Below are positions 53,097 through 63,241 of a stretch of DNA of 64,000 nt, in pieces. A program made the position numbers and the translations under genes. The notes under the pieces were generated by a model. It did no database searches. It saw only the letters and a list, made by a program, of their open reading frames with translations, and was not told the origin of the DNA. Numbering within the stretch: the first letter of the stretch is position 1; each line of letters begins with the position of its first letter. Source of the DNA: an uncultured delta proteobacterium (GTDB taxonomy: Bacteria; Myxococcota_A; Polyangia; Polyangiales; Polyangiaceae); NCBI GenBank assembly GCA_963782055.1, contig CAWAIF010000003.1, positions 1,216,001-1,280,000 of the forward strand. The letters run 5' to 3'.

Positions 53097-53636
53097 CTAC
53101 GTCGCCATGATCTGCGCGTACTCCGACGCTCTCGCGCGGGGGTCCAGCACCCGCTGAACCTCCGACACGAACCCTCGCCGCGCGGTCACCAGGCGCTGCT
53201 CCGCCTCCTCGCGCGCCGCCCCGCCGTCGTGCCGCAGCGACTCCACCGCGCCGAGGGCCGCCATCAGGTGGTTTAGCACGTCCTGCCGGTGCCCCTGGAA
53301 GGCGAGCTCCTTCTCCTTGCCCTTGCCATCGCCCACGAGGTTGGGGAAAAACCACCGCCCGCGATCGACCAGCGCGGAGAGCGTCGCGGCCGTCGCGCGC
53401 AGCTCCGCACCCCGGGTCGCGGCGTCTTCCTGATCGCGGCACAGGGCGACGGCGCGCGCGATCGACGCCACCGCCTCCGCCGCCCACCCGTGCACGTCCT
53501 CGAAGTAGCGCTCCCGCACCTCGAAGCGCTGGATCGCCGTGCTCCGCCCGGCGACGCGCACGTTCAGCCCGAGCGCCACCACGGACACGACCGCCGAGAC
53601 CACGCCCACCCAGGCCTGCGTGTCGAGCCAGCTCAT
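53097..53636 (-). CDS. Hypothetical protein with N-terminal TM helix
   Basis: MSWLDTQAWVGVVSAVVSVVALG; motif LVDRGRWFFPN..FQGHRQ. Confidence 0.65.
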   Translation of the reverse strand: MSWLDTQAWVGVVSAVVSVVALGLNVRVAGRSTAIQRFEVRERYFEDVHGWAAEAVASIARAVALCRDQEDAATRGAELRATAATLSALVDRGRWFFPNLVGDGKGKEKELAFQGHRQDVLNHLMAALGAVESLRHDGGAAREEAEQRLVTARRGFVSEVQRVLDPRARASEYAQIMAT

Positions 53637-53738
53637 CCCGGTACACCTACCTGCGTCCCGCGCCCGCGTCACCCGCCGCGCCGGCCGCGCCCGCCGCCAC
53701 CCGGTCACCGAGCACGAGCAGCAGCGGCCCCCCTCTGC

Positions 53739-55460
53739 TCACCCCCCCGCCCGCACGAAGGGCAGGTACTTCGCCTGCCACATCTTCGACCGCACGTACT
53801 CGACCCGGTCCCCCGCCGGCGGAGGCCGCCTGGCCACGCCGTCCTTCTCCGCCTGCTCGATCACCCGCGCCGCGACGATGGCGGACACCTCGCGGATCTC
53901 GTCCACCGGCGGGTACACCAGCCCCTTCGCCAGGTACTTCCTGGCGGTGTAGTCGGCGAGCGCGGTGGCCGCGGCGGTCACCATCGCGTCGGTGATCTCC
54001 GAGACCTCCGCGAGGATGGCCCCGAAGCCCAGGCCCGGGAAGATGAAGGCGTTGTTCCCTTGCCCGATCTCGAACGTCTTGCCGCCGTACGCCACCGGCT
54101 CGAACGGACTGCCCGTCGCCACGATGGCCTGCCCGTCGGTCCACGCAAAGATGTCCGCCGGCTGCGCCTCGCACGCGCTCGTCGGGTTGGACAAGGCGAA
54201 GATCACCGGCCGCGCGGTGTTCTTCGTCAGGGCGCGCACCGTCTCCTCCTTGAAGGTGCCCGGCTGGCCGGACAGGCCGAGCAGCACGGTGGCCCGCGAG
54301 TGCACCACCGTCTCCAGGAGGGTAGGCGCTCCGGGCCCACCCCAGCCGGCGACCGCCGTCCCCTTCTTGGCGAAGGGTCGCTTGTAGTCCTCCATGGGGC
54401 GGTCCTCCACGAGCAGCCCCTTGGAGTCGAGGACGAAGAGGCGGCTCATCGCCTCCTCGCGCGAGAGGCCCTCCGCCTCCAGGCCGCGGCACAGCTCCCA
54501 CGCCACGCCCGCGCCGCCGGCGCCTGCGCCGTAGACGATGATGCGCTGCGCGGAGAGCGGCTCGCCGCGCAGCTTGCACGCGGAGAGCACGCCGGCGAGG
54601 GCGACAGCGCCCGTCCCCTGGATGTCGTCGTTGAAGGAGGGCAGGCGCTTGCGGTAGCGCTCGCGCACGGTGAAGGCGGCGTCCTTGGCGAGATCCTCCC
54701 ACTGCAGGATGGCGCGCGGGTAGCGCTCGCGGATGGCGTCGACGAACTTGTCCATGAAGGCGAGGTACTCCTCGCCCTTGAGGCGCTTCTGTCGCACGCC
54801 CAGGTACGCCGGGTGCTCGATGAGGTCCTTGCGATCGGTGCCGACGTCCAGCCCCACGGGCAGCGAGCGGTACGGGCTCACGCCGCCGGCGGCGGTGTAG
54901 AGCGCCAGCTTGCCGATGCTGATCGCGACGCCGCCGTAGCCCTGGTCGCCGATCCCCAGGATGGCGGAGGAGTCGGTCGCCACGATCATGCGCACGTCGT
55001 CGTACAGGTTGTTGTCCGCCACCTCGTGCGCGTGGTCGATGTTGACCGGCGAGAAGGAGAGGCCGCGCGCGGCCTGGTAGATGGCGTGGTACTGCTTCAC
55101 CGCGTCGCCGACGGTGGGCGTGTAGATGATGGGGAGCACCTCCGCGAGGTGGCGGCCGACCATCGCGTAGAAGAGGGTCTCGTTACGCTCCTGCACCGCG
55201 CGCAGGTAGACGTACTTGGCGAGAGGGTTGGGCTCGCGCAGGAAGCCCGCGTAGACGCGAGCCAGCTGCTCCTCCATCGTGGAGACGTGCGGCGGCAGCA
55301 GGCCGTCGAGCCGCAGCGCGCGCCGCTCCTCCACGGAGAAGGCGGAGCCCTTGTTGGTCTGCGCGAGGCGCAGGAGCGCCGGGCCGTCCAGCTGGACGTG
55401 CATCCGGAAGACGCCGTCCGCGTCGCGACGTGTCTCGAAGTAGCGAGAGAGCTTGGGCAT
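53739..55460 (-). CDS. maeA: NAD-dependent malic enzyme (MaeA/SfcA type)
   Basis: NKGSAF, PIIYTPTVG, ILGIGDQG, QWED, FNDDIQGTG, GAGGAG, ALSNPT, ATGSPF, GQGNNAFIFPG. Confidence 0.95.
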   Translation of the reverse strand: MPKLSRYFETRRDADGVFRMHVQLDGPALLRLAQTNKGSAFSVEERRALRLDGLLPPHVSTMEEQLARVYAGFLREPNPLAKYVYLRAVQERNETLFYAMVGRHLAEVLPIIYTPTVGDAVKQYHAIYQAARGLSFSPVNIDHAHEVADNNLYDDVRMIVATDSSAILGIGDQGYGGVAISIGKLALYTAAGGVSPYRSLPVGLDVGTDRKDLIEHPAYLGVRQKRLKGEEYLAFMDKFVDAIRERYPRAILQWEDLAKDAAFTVRERYRKRLPSFNDDIQGTGAVALAGVLSACKLRGEPLSAQRIIVYGAGAGGAGVAWELCRGLEAEGLSREEAMSRLFVLDSKGLLVEDRPMEDYKRPFAKKGTAVAGWGGPGAPTLLETVVHSRATVLLGLSGQPGTFKEETVRALTKNTARPVIFALSNPTSACEAQPADIFAWTDGQAIVATGSPFEPVAYGGKTFEIGQGNNAFIFPGLGFGAILAEVSEITDAMVTAAATALADYTARKYLAKGLVYPPVDEIREVSAIVAARVIEQAEKDGVARRPPPAGDRVEYVRSKMWQAKYLPFVRAGG

Positions 55461-55567
55461 GACGGGCGGCAGGGTCGCACATTTCCTCGCTCGCGCCGAG
55501 TCGCCCGCGCGGGGCGAACTTGCCCAAAAGTTGGCCGGAGGCGCCACCTCTACATAGCATGCACCCC

Positions 55568-58147
55568 ATGGCGGCAGCGGCATCGCAAGGGTTCGAGGCG
55601 GCGGCGTTCGACGTGCCGCGCGTCTTCGGCCGCCTCGTGCTGCTCAAGCTCATCGCCCGGGGGGGAATGGGCGACGTCTACCTCGCGGCGACGACCGGCA
55701 TCGAGGGGGCGGAGCGCCCCTGCGTCGTCAAGACCATCCGCCGCGATCACATCCACGACGGCTCCTTCCTGGCCCGCTTCCTGGACGAGGCGCGCGTGCA
55801 GTCGCAGCTCCACCATCCCGGAGTCGCGCAGGTGGTCGAGGCCTCCACCGACGAGCAGGGCGAGCCGTACTCCGTCGTCGAGTACGTGGAGGGGCGGTCG
55901 CTCGCCGACGTGCGGCAGCGCGCCATCCAGAGCGGCGCGCGCATCGGGTGGCCGGAGGCGGTCGCCATCGCCATCGAGATGGCCAACGCCCTCGCCCACG
56001 TGCACGAGCGCGCGGGCGCCGACGGTACGCCGCTGGGCATCGTCCACCGCGACCTGTCGCCGCAGAACGTGATGGTCGGCTACGCCGGCGAGGTGAAGCT
56101 CATCGACTTCGGTACGGCGCGGGGCCACAACCGCCGCTGCCACACCGTGGCGGGTGTGGTCTTCGCCAAGCCCGGCTACGTGGCGCCGGAGGTGGCGCGC
56201 CAGCAGGTGGGCGACGGCCGCATCGACGTCTACGCCCTCGGCATCATGCTGTGGGAGCTGTGCGCGGGTCGCCGTTACCTGACGGGCGACCCGCAGAAGC
56301 ACCTGGAAGACGCCGCCGCCGGCAAGCTGGTGGTGCCGCCCATCGCCGGCGACGTCGGCGCGCCCGCGCTGCTCGACAAGGTCATCGACAAGCTCACCCA
56401 GAGCGATCCGGACGAGCGCTACGCGACCGCCTCCCTCGCCGCGGCCGACCTGGGCCGCGTGCTGGCGGCCGCCCCCGCGGGCAAGAACGGCGAGCGCAGC
56501 GTGCGCGGTCGCGTCGGCACGCTCATGCACGCGCTCTGGCCGAAGGAGCCGGCGCGCTCCCGCGCCGACTTCGTCAAGCTCTTGAAGGACGCGCGCGCGC
56601 TTCGCCCGAAGGAGGTCCGCACCCCCGCGGCCCCCGAGGTCGCGCAGAAGGTCGCCGAGCACATGCACGAGGAGGGTGGCGTGCTGGCCGGCACCTCCTA
56701 CCGCCTGCTCGAGAAGATCGGCGAGGGCGCGAGCGGCGCGGTCTGGAGCGCGGAGCACATGGAGCTCGGTCGCCGCGTCGCCATCAAGGTGCTCGCCCCC
56801 GAGCACGCCTCCGCCACCGACGCCATCGAGCGCTTCCGGCGCGAGGCGCGCGCGGTGGCCGCGCTCTCGCACGAGAACCTCGTCGCGCTCTACGACTTCG
56901 GCAAGGCGCAGGACGGCCGCGTCTTCTTGGCGATGGAGCTGCTCGACGGCCGCCCGCTGGATCGCGTCGTCAAGTCGCGCCGACTCGGCTGGCGCAAGAG
57001 CGTCGAGCTCGCCATCCAGGCGGCTCGCGCGCTGGAGGCGGCCCACGGCGCGGGCCTGGTGCACCGCGACCTGAAGCCGGCCAACCTCTTCTTGACGCGG
57101 CAGGGCACCGTCAAGCTGCTCGACTTCGGCGTGGCGATGGCGCTCTCCGACACCGCCGACTCGGTCGACGGCCCGTCGACCCGCGCAGGCGCGGAGCCTC
57201 GAGCCAGGCGGCAGAAGGGCTTCGCCATCTTCGGCACGCCGGAGTACATGGCGCCGGAGCAGGTCACCGGCGAGCCGGTCGACGCCCGCTGCGACGTGTA
57301 CGCGCTGGGCTGCGTCCTGTACGAGATGCTCACCGGCCAGCGCCCCTTCCGCGGCAAGTCCAGCGTGGAGGTGCTCGGCAAGCAGGTGCGCGAGGCACCC
57401 ATGCCCCCGCGCGAGCGCGCGGCCGACCGCGACATCCCGGAGGCGGTCGAGGACGTGGTGCTGCGCGCGATGATGAAGGCGCGTGAGGAGCGCTACGCGA
57501 GCGCGAAGGAGATGCGCCGCGCGCTGGAGGAGGCGCTCGTCGTCCCCGTCGCGCCGCCGCCGCCGCGCTTCGTGTGGTCGAAGCGCCTCGTGGCGCTTTC
57601 GCTCACGGCCGGCGCGGTCGCGCTCGTCTCACACGTCGGGCTCGCGTCGGCGCCGAAGCCTCCGGGGCTCGCGCGGGAGGCGGACGGCATGGCGGCGCTG
57701 CCCGGTGGCGACACGCGCGTCGCCCCTGCTGTGACGCAGGTGGCGGTGGCGCCTGCTCCGAACGACGGCAGCGGCGCGGGCAAGGCCTCGGCCGGGCAGG
57801 GCGGGCGCGAGAGGCTGGACGCCGCGCGCGCCGCGGCCCGCGCGCACCCCGGCGACGTCCGCGCCCTGCAGGAGTGGGCGGCCGCGGCCCTGGAGGCGGG
57901 CGAGCTGCGCGAGGCCCGCAGCGCGACGGAGGCCTGGAGCCTACGCGACGGGAGCCCGGCCCCGAAGCTCTTCCTGGCCACCATCTACGAGGCGGCCGGT
58001 CGCGCCGCGGACGCGCGCGCCACGCTCGAGGAGGTGCTGCAGGCGCACCCGGAGAGCGACGTCGCGCGCCGGATGCTCGCGGGGCTGGGTGTCGCGCTGC
58101 CGCCGCCGCCGACCGGCGTCCGCAAGAGCGAGGTCGCGCACCGCTAG
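55568..58147 (+). CDS. Ser/Thr protein kinase with two tandem kinase domains and C-terminal TPR
   Basis: Domain 1: ARGGMG, VVK, HRDLSPQN, DFG, YVAPE. Domain 2: GEGASG, VAIK, HRDLKPAN, DFG, GTPEYMAPE. Weak TM, then TPR (LATIYEAAGRAADARATLEEVL). Confidence 0.92.
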   Translation: MAAAASQGFEAAAFDVPRVFGRLVLLKLIARGGMGDVYLAATTGIEGAERPCVVKTIRRDHIHDGSFLARFLDEARVQSQLHHPGVAQVVEASTDEQGEPYSVVEYVEGRSLADVRQRAIQSGARIGWPEAVAIAIEMANALAHVHERAGADGTPLGIVHRDLSPQNVMVGYAGEVKLIDFGTARGHNRRCHTVAGVVFAKPGYVAPEVARQQVGDGRIDVYALGIMLWELCAGRRYLTGDPQKHLEDAAAGKLVVPPIAGDVGAPALLDKVIDKLTQSDPDERYATASLAAADLGRVLAAAPAGKNGERSVRGRVGTLMHALWPKEPARSRADFVKLLKDARALRPKEVRTPAAPEVAQKVAEHMHEEGGVLAGTSYRLLEKIGEGASGAVWSAEHMELGRRVAIKVLAPEHASATDAIERFRREARAVAALSHENLVALYDFGKAQDGRVFLAMELLDGRPLDRVVKSRRLGWRKSVELAIQAARALEAAHGAGLVHRDLKPANLFLTRQGTVKLLDFGVAMALSDTADSVDGPSTRAGAEPRARRQKGFAIFGTPEYMAPEQVTGEPVDARCDVYALGCVLYEMLTGQRPFRGKSSVEVLGKQVREAPMPPRERAADRDIPEAVEDVVLRAMMKAREERYASAKEMRRALEEALVVPVAPPPPRFVWSKRLVALSLTAGAVALVSHVGLASAPKPPGLAREADGMAALPGGDTRVAPAVTQVAVAPAPNDGSGAGKASAGQGGRERLDAARAAARAHPGDVRALQEWAAAALEAGELREARSATEAWSLRDGSPAPKLFLATIYEAAGRAADARATLEEVLQAHPESDVARRMLAGLGVALPPPPTGVRKSEVAHR

Positions 58148-58242
58148 TTTGGAGTCTGCGCGTGGTCGCTCCGGTGAAGTCATCGGCGCCTACCGCCTTG
58201 ATTCGCGCTCGCGAACCGCGCACGCTCCTCTATTCTCGGGTC

Positions 58243-59169
58243 ATGCAACGTCGCATCGCGGTCCTGCTCGCCGGCGCCTCCCTCGCCGGCGCGACGCTTC
58301 CCGGCGTCTGGCTCGGCGGGTGCTCCCCCTCCGGCGCGGACGTGGACGCCGGGACGGGGATGGACGCCTCCGAGCAGGGTCACTGCTGCGATCCCGCCGG
58401 CGCGCCCGCGTGCGGCATGGCGTTCGGCGGGTGGGTCGACCCGGGCGTCGCGTGCCCTCACGCGAACGGCCTGCTACCGGACTTTCACTCGTCGCAGTGG
58501 ACGCTCGCCGAGGACGACGCCGGCTGTCCGAGGTGGACGCTGCCCGGCATCCAGGGCACCGAGTGCGGCCCGGCGGCCGACGGCGGTGGACCGTGCCCCA
58601 ACGACGAGACGGGCTTCCAGCCCTCGGCGGCCGAGCCGGCGAACCCGGCGCAAGACGTGTGTACTCCGCAACAGGTCGACGGCTACTGGGCCAGCTGCCT
58701 GGCGCCCAACGTGCCGGCGGTGGCGTGCGACGCGTGGCTCGCCTCCGACGCGGCGAACAACCAGGCCTGCGGCGATTGTATCGCCACCTCCGAGCTCGCC
58801 CAGAGCTGGGGCGCCGTCGTCCTGGGTGTGGACGGCGTGGCGCGCATCAACACGGCGGGCTGCATCGCCCTGCTCACCGGCGACGACCCGCCGAAGCCGG
58901 GCGGATGCGCCGCGGCCTACCAGGCCGCGCGCGACTGCGAGACCGCCGGCTGCACCGGCTGCAACCTCGCGGCGGGGTTCGGGTGCACCAGCCCGGCCTG
59001 CTACCAGCAGTGCGTGGACCAGGTCGCGGCGGGGACTTGCAAGCCGGTCGAGGACTCCGTGTGCGACCCGGACGCATCCACCTTCTCGGCGTGCTTCGAC
59101 AGCCAGGGGAACGGCGCGGAGGGCCTGTTCAAGAGCGTGGCGTCGGTGTTCTGCGCGAGCGGGCAATGA
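58243..59169 (+). CDS. Cys-rich lipoprotein
   Basis: Signal ending LGGC; NQACGDCI, WGAVV, NTAGCIAL, terminal VFC. Confidence 0.75.
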   Translation: MQRRIAVLLAGASLAGATLPGVWLGGCSPSGADVDAGTGMDASEQGHCCDPAGAPACGMAFGGWVDPGVACPHANGLLPDFHSSQWTLAEDDAGCPRWTLPGIQGTECGPAADGGGPCPNDETGFQPSAAEPANPAQDVCTPQQVDGYWASCLAPNVPAVACDAWLASDAANNQACGDCIATSELAQSWGAVVLGVDGVARINTAGCIALLTGDDPPKPGGCAAAYQAARDCETAGCTGCNLAAGFGCTSPACYQQCVDQVAAGTCKPVEDSVCDPDASTFSACFDSQGNGAEGLFKSVASVFCASGQ

Positions 59170-59211
59170 CGGACCCGCCGGCCTGCTTTGACGCAGGCGC
59201 GCCCCGTTCCG

Positions 59212-59236
59212 GCTCGCGCTCGCTCGAGCTTTTTTT
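59212..59236 (+). terminator. Rho-independent terminator candidate
   Basis: gctcg-N8-cgagc stem followed by T7, downstream of the lipoprotein stop. Confidence 0.5.
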
Positions 59237-59296
59237 ACGCGGAGGCCAATCCCCCGCGCAAAATGGGCCTCCGTTCCCCGTGCTACCATCGACCCC

Positions 59297-61720
59297 GTGA
59301 AGAGCGCGTCCGGGTCGGCCGAAGCAGGGCGTCCCGCCTCCAAGATCTGCCCCTCGTGTGGCGACAGGTTTCCCCTGGACGCTCTCTTCTGCCCCAACGA
59401 TGGCTCACCGCTCGGCATGGCGGCGGCGTCCGGCAGCTCCGACGCGTACGCGCCCGGCGCCACCGATGTGTACCTCGATCGGGAGATCTCCGGCCACATC
59501 AAGGTGCGCCAGCTCGTCGGCGTGGGCGCGATGGGGCGCGTCTACCGAGCCTTCCAGCGGGGCATCGATCGCGACGTCGCGGTGAAGATCCTGCACCGCG
59601 AGCTGTCGGCCAACCAGCAGCTCGTCTCGCGCTTCCACCGCGAGGCGAAGGTCGCCTCCCGCCTGCAGCACCCCAACGTCGTGACGGTGTACCTCGTCGG
59701 CCAGCTCCCCGACGGCGCGATGTACATCGTCATGGAGTATCTGGACGGCCTCTCCCTGCAGAGCGCGCTCGCGGCCGGCGGCGGCGCGTTCGACCTGCCG
59801 CGGGTGCTGCACATCGCCCTGCAGCTCTGCGACGCGGCGGGCGAGGCGCACGCGCAGGGCATCGTGCATCGCGACTTCAAGCCGGAGAATGTGATGCTGG
59901 TGCGCCGCGGCGCCGACCCCGATTTCGTGAAGGTGCTGGACTTCGGCATCGCTCGCCTCAACTGGGGCGAGCAGTCGATGGCGACCGCCGCGGGGCTCAT
60001 CTTCGGCACCGCGCGCTACATCTCGCCGGAGGGCGCGCAGGGCGAGACCGTCGGCCCGTCGGGCGACGTGTACGCCATCGCCACGCTCGTCTACCAGATG
60101 CTCGCGGGGCGCACGCCGTTCGAGGGCGAGCAGGCCGTCGCGCTGCTGGTGCAGCAGATTCACGACCCGCCCCCGCACCTGCGCTCGATACCGCGCGCGT
60201 CGTACGTGCCGGAGCCCATCGCCGAGGCGGTGATGCGCAACCTGGCGAAGGACCCGCTCGCGCGCGAGCCCGACGCCCGCGCCTTCGCCCGCGCGCTGGT
60301 GGACGCGGCCAAGCTCGCCGGGCTCTCCGCAGAGGAGCTGATGGCGCGCCCCATGCTGAGCCCCGGCCGCTCCAGCCCGGTGCAGCTCCCGCCGATGCAG
60401 CGGACCAAGCAGCTCAACCTGGCGCCGGAGGAGCAGCGCGCGCTGGAGCACATGGCGAGCCACCTGGCGCCGCCCGCGCCGGCCGTGTCGTCGCCGCCGC
60501 TCGCCGCGCCCGCGGTCTCCGCGCCTCCCGCCGCCTACTCCCCGGGCGCGAGCGGCCAGCCGCCGGCGGCGGCGCCCCGCCCGAGCGGCGTGGAGATCAC
60601 GATGGACGACGTGGAGGTGCCGCCGTTACCGCTCGTCGCGCCGGCCGCGCCCGCGCACCGGATGGAACGCACGCAGGCGGTGACGCCGCTGGCGGAGGCG
60701 GTCCTCCCGGCGTCGCCAGGCCCCTCGGCCCGGCCGCCGCAGGTCTCCTTGCCGCCGGTGCGCGGCTCGATGCCGTCGGGCGACGAGCCCTTCGAGGACA
60801 CGCTGGAGGCGGACAGCGCCCCGGTCTCGGAGGACCCGCGCATCAAGAAGCGCCGCGCGCGCTCGCGGGCGATCGTGCTCTTCATCGGCTGCTTTCTCGT
60901 GGGCGCGGGGGGCTCGGCCGCCGTCGCGTACAAGATGGGTCTCGTCGGGGCGCCCGCGGGGCAGCACACCCTCGACCAGCAGGTGGACCTCGCGGACAAG
61001 GCGGTGGACGACAAGCGCTGGGACTCGCCTCCGGGCGACAACGTGCGCGACCTCACGACGGAGGGGCTGAAGCGCTGGCCCAACGACCCACGACTGCTCG
61101 CCGTGCGCGCGGAGGCGACCGACAAGCTGGTGAAGGACGCGCTCGGCGAGCGCTACCTCGGCCACGAGGACAAGGCACTGCACCTGGCGCGCCTCGCGCA
61201 CGAGCTGGATCCCACCGACGAGACCGCCACGAAGCTCGCCACCGATCTGGAGGCCGCCGAGTCGACGGCCGAGGCGGGCGCGGAGGACGCCACCGACGCG
61301 GGGGCGGCCACGCACAAGACGACGGCGGTGACGCACGCGCAGCCGCCGCACGCCACCGTCGGGCTGTCGGCGGCGAAGCCCCGAACCGGTCAGGCCGTCG
61401 ACATCGTCGTGCACGTCGCGGGCGCCGGTGGCCACGCGCCGCACGCGGCGGCGAGCGGGCCCGAGCTGGCGGTCTCCGGTCCGGGCGTCCCCCCGGGCAC
61501 GAAGGTGCCTCTCGTCGCCGAGGGCACCACCGTCGAGCGCGCGAGCCTGACCTTCCTGCAGGGCGGCAAGTTCGAGCTCGTCTTCACCGCCAGGGTGGAC
61601 GGCGTCGCGGTGAAGTCGGTGCGCACGGTCACGGTGGCCGCGCCCGCGCCGCTGCCCTCCACCACGACCACGGCCACGCAGGAGTCGCCGCCCGTGGACG
61701 CCGGGGGCAAGTGGCTCTGA
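59297..61720 (+). CDS. Membrane Ser/Thr protein kinase with N-terminal zinc ribbon
   Basis: CPSC..FCPNDG; GVGAMG, VAVK, HRDFKPEN, DFG, GTARYISPE; Pro-rich linker, TM, helical and Ig-like extracytoplasmic region. Confidence 0.92.
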   Translation: MKSASGSAEAGRPASKICPSCGDRFPLDALFCPNDGSPLGMAAASGSSDAYAPGATDVYLDREISGHIKVRQLVGVGAMGRVYRAFQRGIDRDVAVKILHRELSANQQLVSRFHREAKVASRLQHPNVVTVYLVGQLPDGAMYIVMEYLDGLSLQSALAAGGGAFDLPRVLHIALQLCDAAGEAHAQGIVHRDFKPENVMLVRRGADPDFVKVLDFGIARLNWGEQSMATAAGLIFGTARYISPEGAQGETVGPSGDVYAIATLVYQMLAGRTPFEGEQAVALLVQQIHDPPPHLRSIPRASYVPEPIAEAVMRNLAKDPLAREPDARAFARALVDAAKLAGLSAEELMARPMLSPGRSSPVQLPPMQRTKQLNLAPEEQRALEHMASHLAPPAPAVSSPPLAAPAVSAPPAAYSPGASGQPPAAAPRPSGVEITMDDVEVPPLPLVAPAAPAHRMERTQAVTPLAEAVLPASPGPSARPPQVSLPPVRGSMPSGDEPFEDTLEADSAPVSEDPRIKKRRARSRAIVLFIGCFLVGAGGSAAVAYKMGLVGAPAGQHTLDQQVDLADKAVDDKRWDSPPGDNVRDLTTEGLKRWPNDPRLLAVRAEATDKLVKDALGERYLGHEDKALHLARLAHELDPTDETATKLATDLEAAESTAEAGAEDATDAGAATHKTTAVTHAQPPHATVGLSAAKPRTGQAVDIVVHVAGAGGHAPHAAASGPELAVSGPGVPPGTKVPLVAEGTTVERASLTFLQGGKFELVFTARVDGVAVKSVRTVTVAAPAPLPSTTTTATQESPPVDAGGKWL

Positions 61721-62487
61721 CGCGCGCCCCCGCGTCCGGCGCTCTCGCGCTCGGCGCCGCCGTCTTCGCCGTGCTCGTCGCGGTCCCGGGCGTCGCGCGC
61801 GCCGACGACGTGCCCGCGTCCGGCTCCGCCTCGGTGCTGCGCTTCGTCGAGCGCCCGCACACCGTCGCGCTCCTGGAGGCGGGCGTGATCGCGCTGCCGA
61901 ACGCGCCGATCTCGCAGAGTCAGCGGGGAGGCGCCGTGCCGCTCGTTGGCCCCATCGGGAAGGGCGACTCCACCATCCAGATGGGGATTCACATCCAGTT
62001 CCGCGTGGCGCGAGACTGGGCCTTCGGCGCGCGCTTCTTGCTCGACCCCAACCCGACCGCCGACCCCGAATATGGCCTCGGTGGGCTCGGGGCCCTGCCG
62101 CGCACCCACTCGCGCAGCTACTTCACCTTCGGCGGCGAGGCGCGCTACATCCCGCTCCACAGTCGCTTCTTCGAGGGCTGGGTGGGGGCGATGCTCGGCG
62201 GCGTCATCATCGCCGATCGCTTCAGCACCGACGTGGGCGAGCTCAAGCCCAAGGTGTTCGGCGATCGCGTCGTCACCCTCAGCACGGAGGGGTTTTACCT
62301 GGGCGCCCAGGTCGGCGCGGACTGGATCGTCTCCGACAAGGTCCTCGTGGGGCTCGTCTTCCGCGGCAGCCACTGGTTCTTGCCGACGACGCCCAACTGC
62401 TCCCCCATCGGCGACTGCGCCACCCTCACCGGCTCCACCGATGCCATCGAGTTCGGCGTGACGGTGGGCTATCGCATCCCGCTCTGA
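61711..62487 (+). CDS. Putative outer-membrane beta-barrel protein
   Basis: GTG overlapping the kinase end; signal peptide ending ARA-DD; amphipathic strands; terminal FGVTVGYRIPL. Confidence 0.65.
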   Translation: MALTRAPASGALALGAAVFAVLVAVPGVARADDVPASGSASVLRFVERPHTVALLEAGVIALPNAPISQSQRGGAVPLVGPIGKGDSTIQMGIHIQFRVARDWAFGARFLLDPNPTADPEYGLGGLGALPRTHSRSYFTFGGEARYIPLHSRFFEGWVGAMLGGVIIADRFSTDVGELKPKVFGDRVVTLSTEGFYLGAQVGADWIVSDKVLVGLVFRGSHWFLPTTPNCSPIGDCATLTGSTDAIEFGVTVGYRIPL

Positions 62488-62506
62488 GCCCGCGAGCGGC
62501 GCGCGC

Positions 62507-63241
62507 CTACGGCGTGTGGCGCACCGCGATGGCCATCAGCGCCGCCACGCGGTCGAAGACCACGCCCGTCACCGCGAGCAGCAGCAGCGCGCGCATCGGC
62601 GCGAGCAGGGCATGGATCTGGGCGGGCGACGACGCCCGCGCGATCACGGCGCCGGCCACCTCGATGACCAGCGAGGCGGCGAGCAGTGGCCCCCCGATCG
62701 AGACCGCGAGCCCGATGCCCCCGGCGATGTCGTTCGCCGCCGAGAGCAGCGGGTGCGCGGGGAACGGCGCCACCGCCAGCGCGTGGGCGATCCGCGACGG
62801 CCCGCCCGTACCGAGAAAGATGGCGGAGGCGAGCAGCGCGAAGGGCACCCCCATCGGCGTCGTTCGCCCCTCGATGGTTGCAACCTGCACCGATTGCTGC
62901 GAGCCCCGCAGCGCGTCGAGGACGCCGCCGGTCATCGTCGCCGCCCAGAGGGGCACCGCACACGCGATCGCCACGGGCAGGCCGCGCACCAGCTCCGCCA
63001 CGAGCAGCAACGGCCACGGCGTGCCCGCGGCGGACGCCACCTCCGGGGCCAGCGCCGGGTAGATGGCTCCCGCCAGCGCCAGGGCCACCACCGCCCGCGC
63101 CGCCGCGGGGAGCGCCCGCAGCCCGAAGGCAGGCACGAGCACCACCGTCGGCGTCGCCCGCGCCCACGCCAGCCCCAGCGCAGCCAGATCCACGCCGCTC
63201 TCGCGAAACGCGGTCTCGACCTCGGTGAGCAGCCCCGGCAT
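62507..63241 (-). CDS. Type III export gate protein SctT/FliR family
   Basis: WAR..P..VLVPAFG...LP..AR, AELVRGL, MTGGVLDALRG, IARASSPAQIHALLAPMR; 244 aa, hydrophobic. Confidence 0.8.
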   Translation of the reverse strand: MPGLLTEVETAFRESGVDLAALGLAWARATPTVVLVPAFGLRALPAAARAVVALALAGAIYPALAPEVASAAGTPWPLLLVAELVRGLPVAIACAVPLWAATMTGGVLDALRGSQQSVQVATIEGRTTPMGVPFALLASAIFLGTGGPSRIAHALAVAPFPAHPLLSAANDIAGGIGLAVSIGGPLLAASLVIEVAGAVIARASSPAQIHALLAPMRALLLLAVTGVVFDRVAALMAIAVRHTP

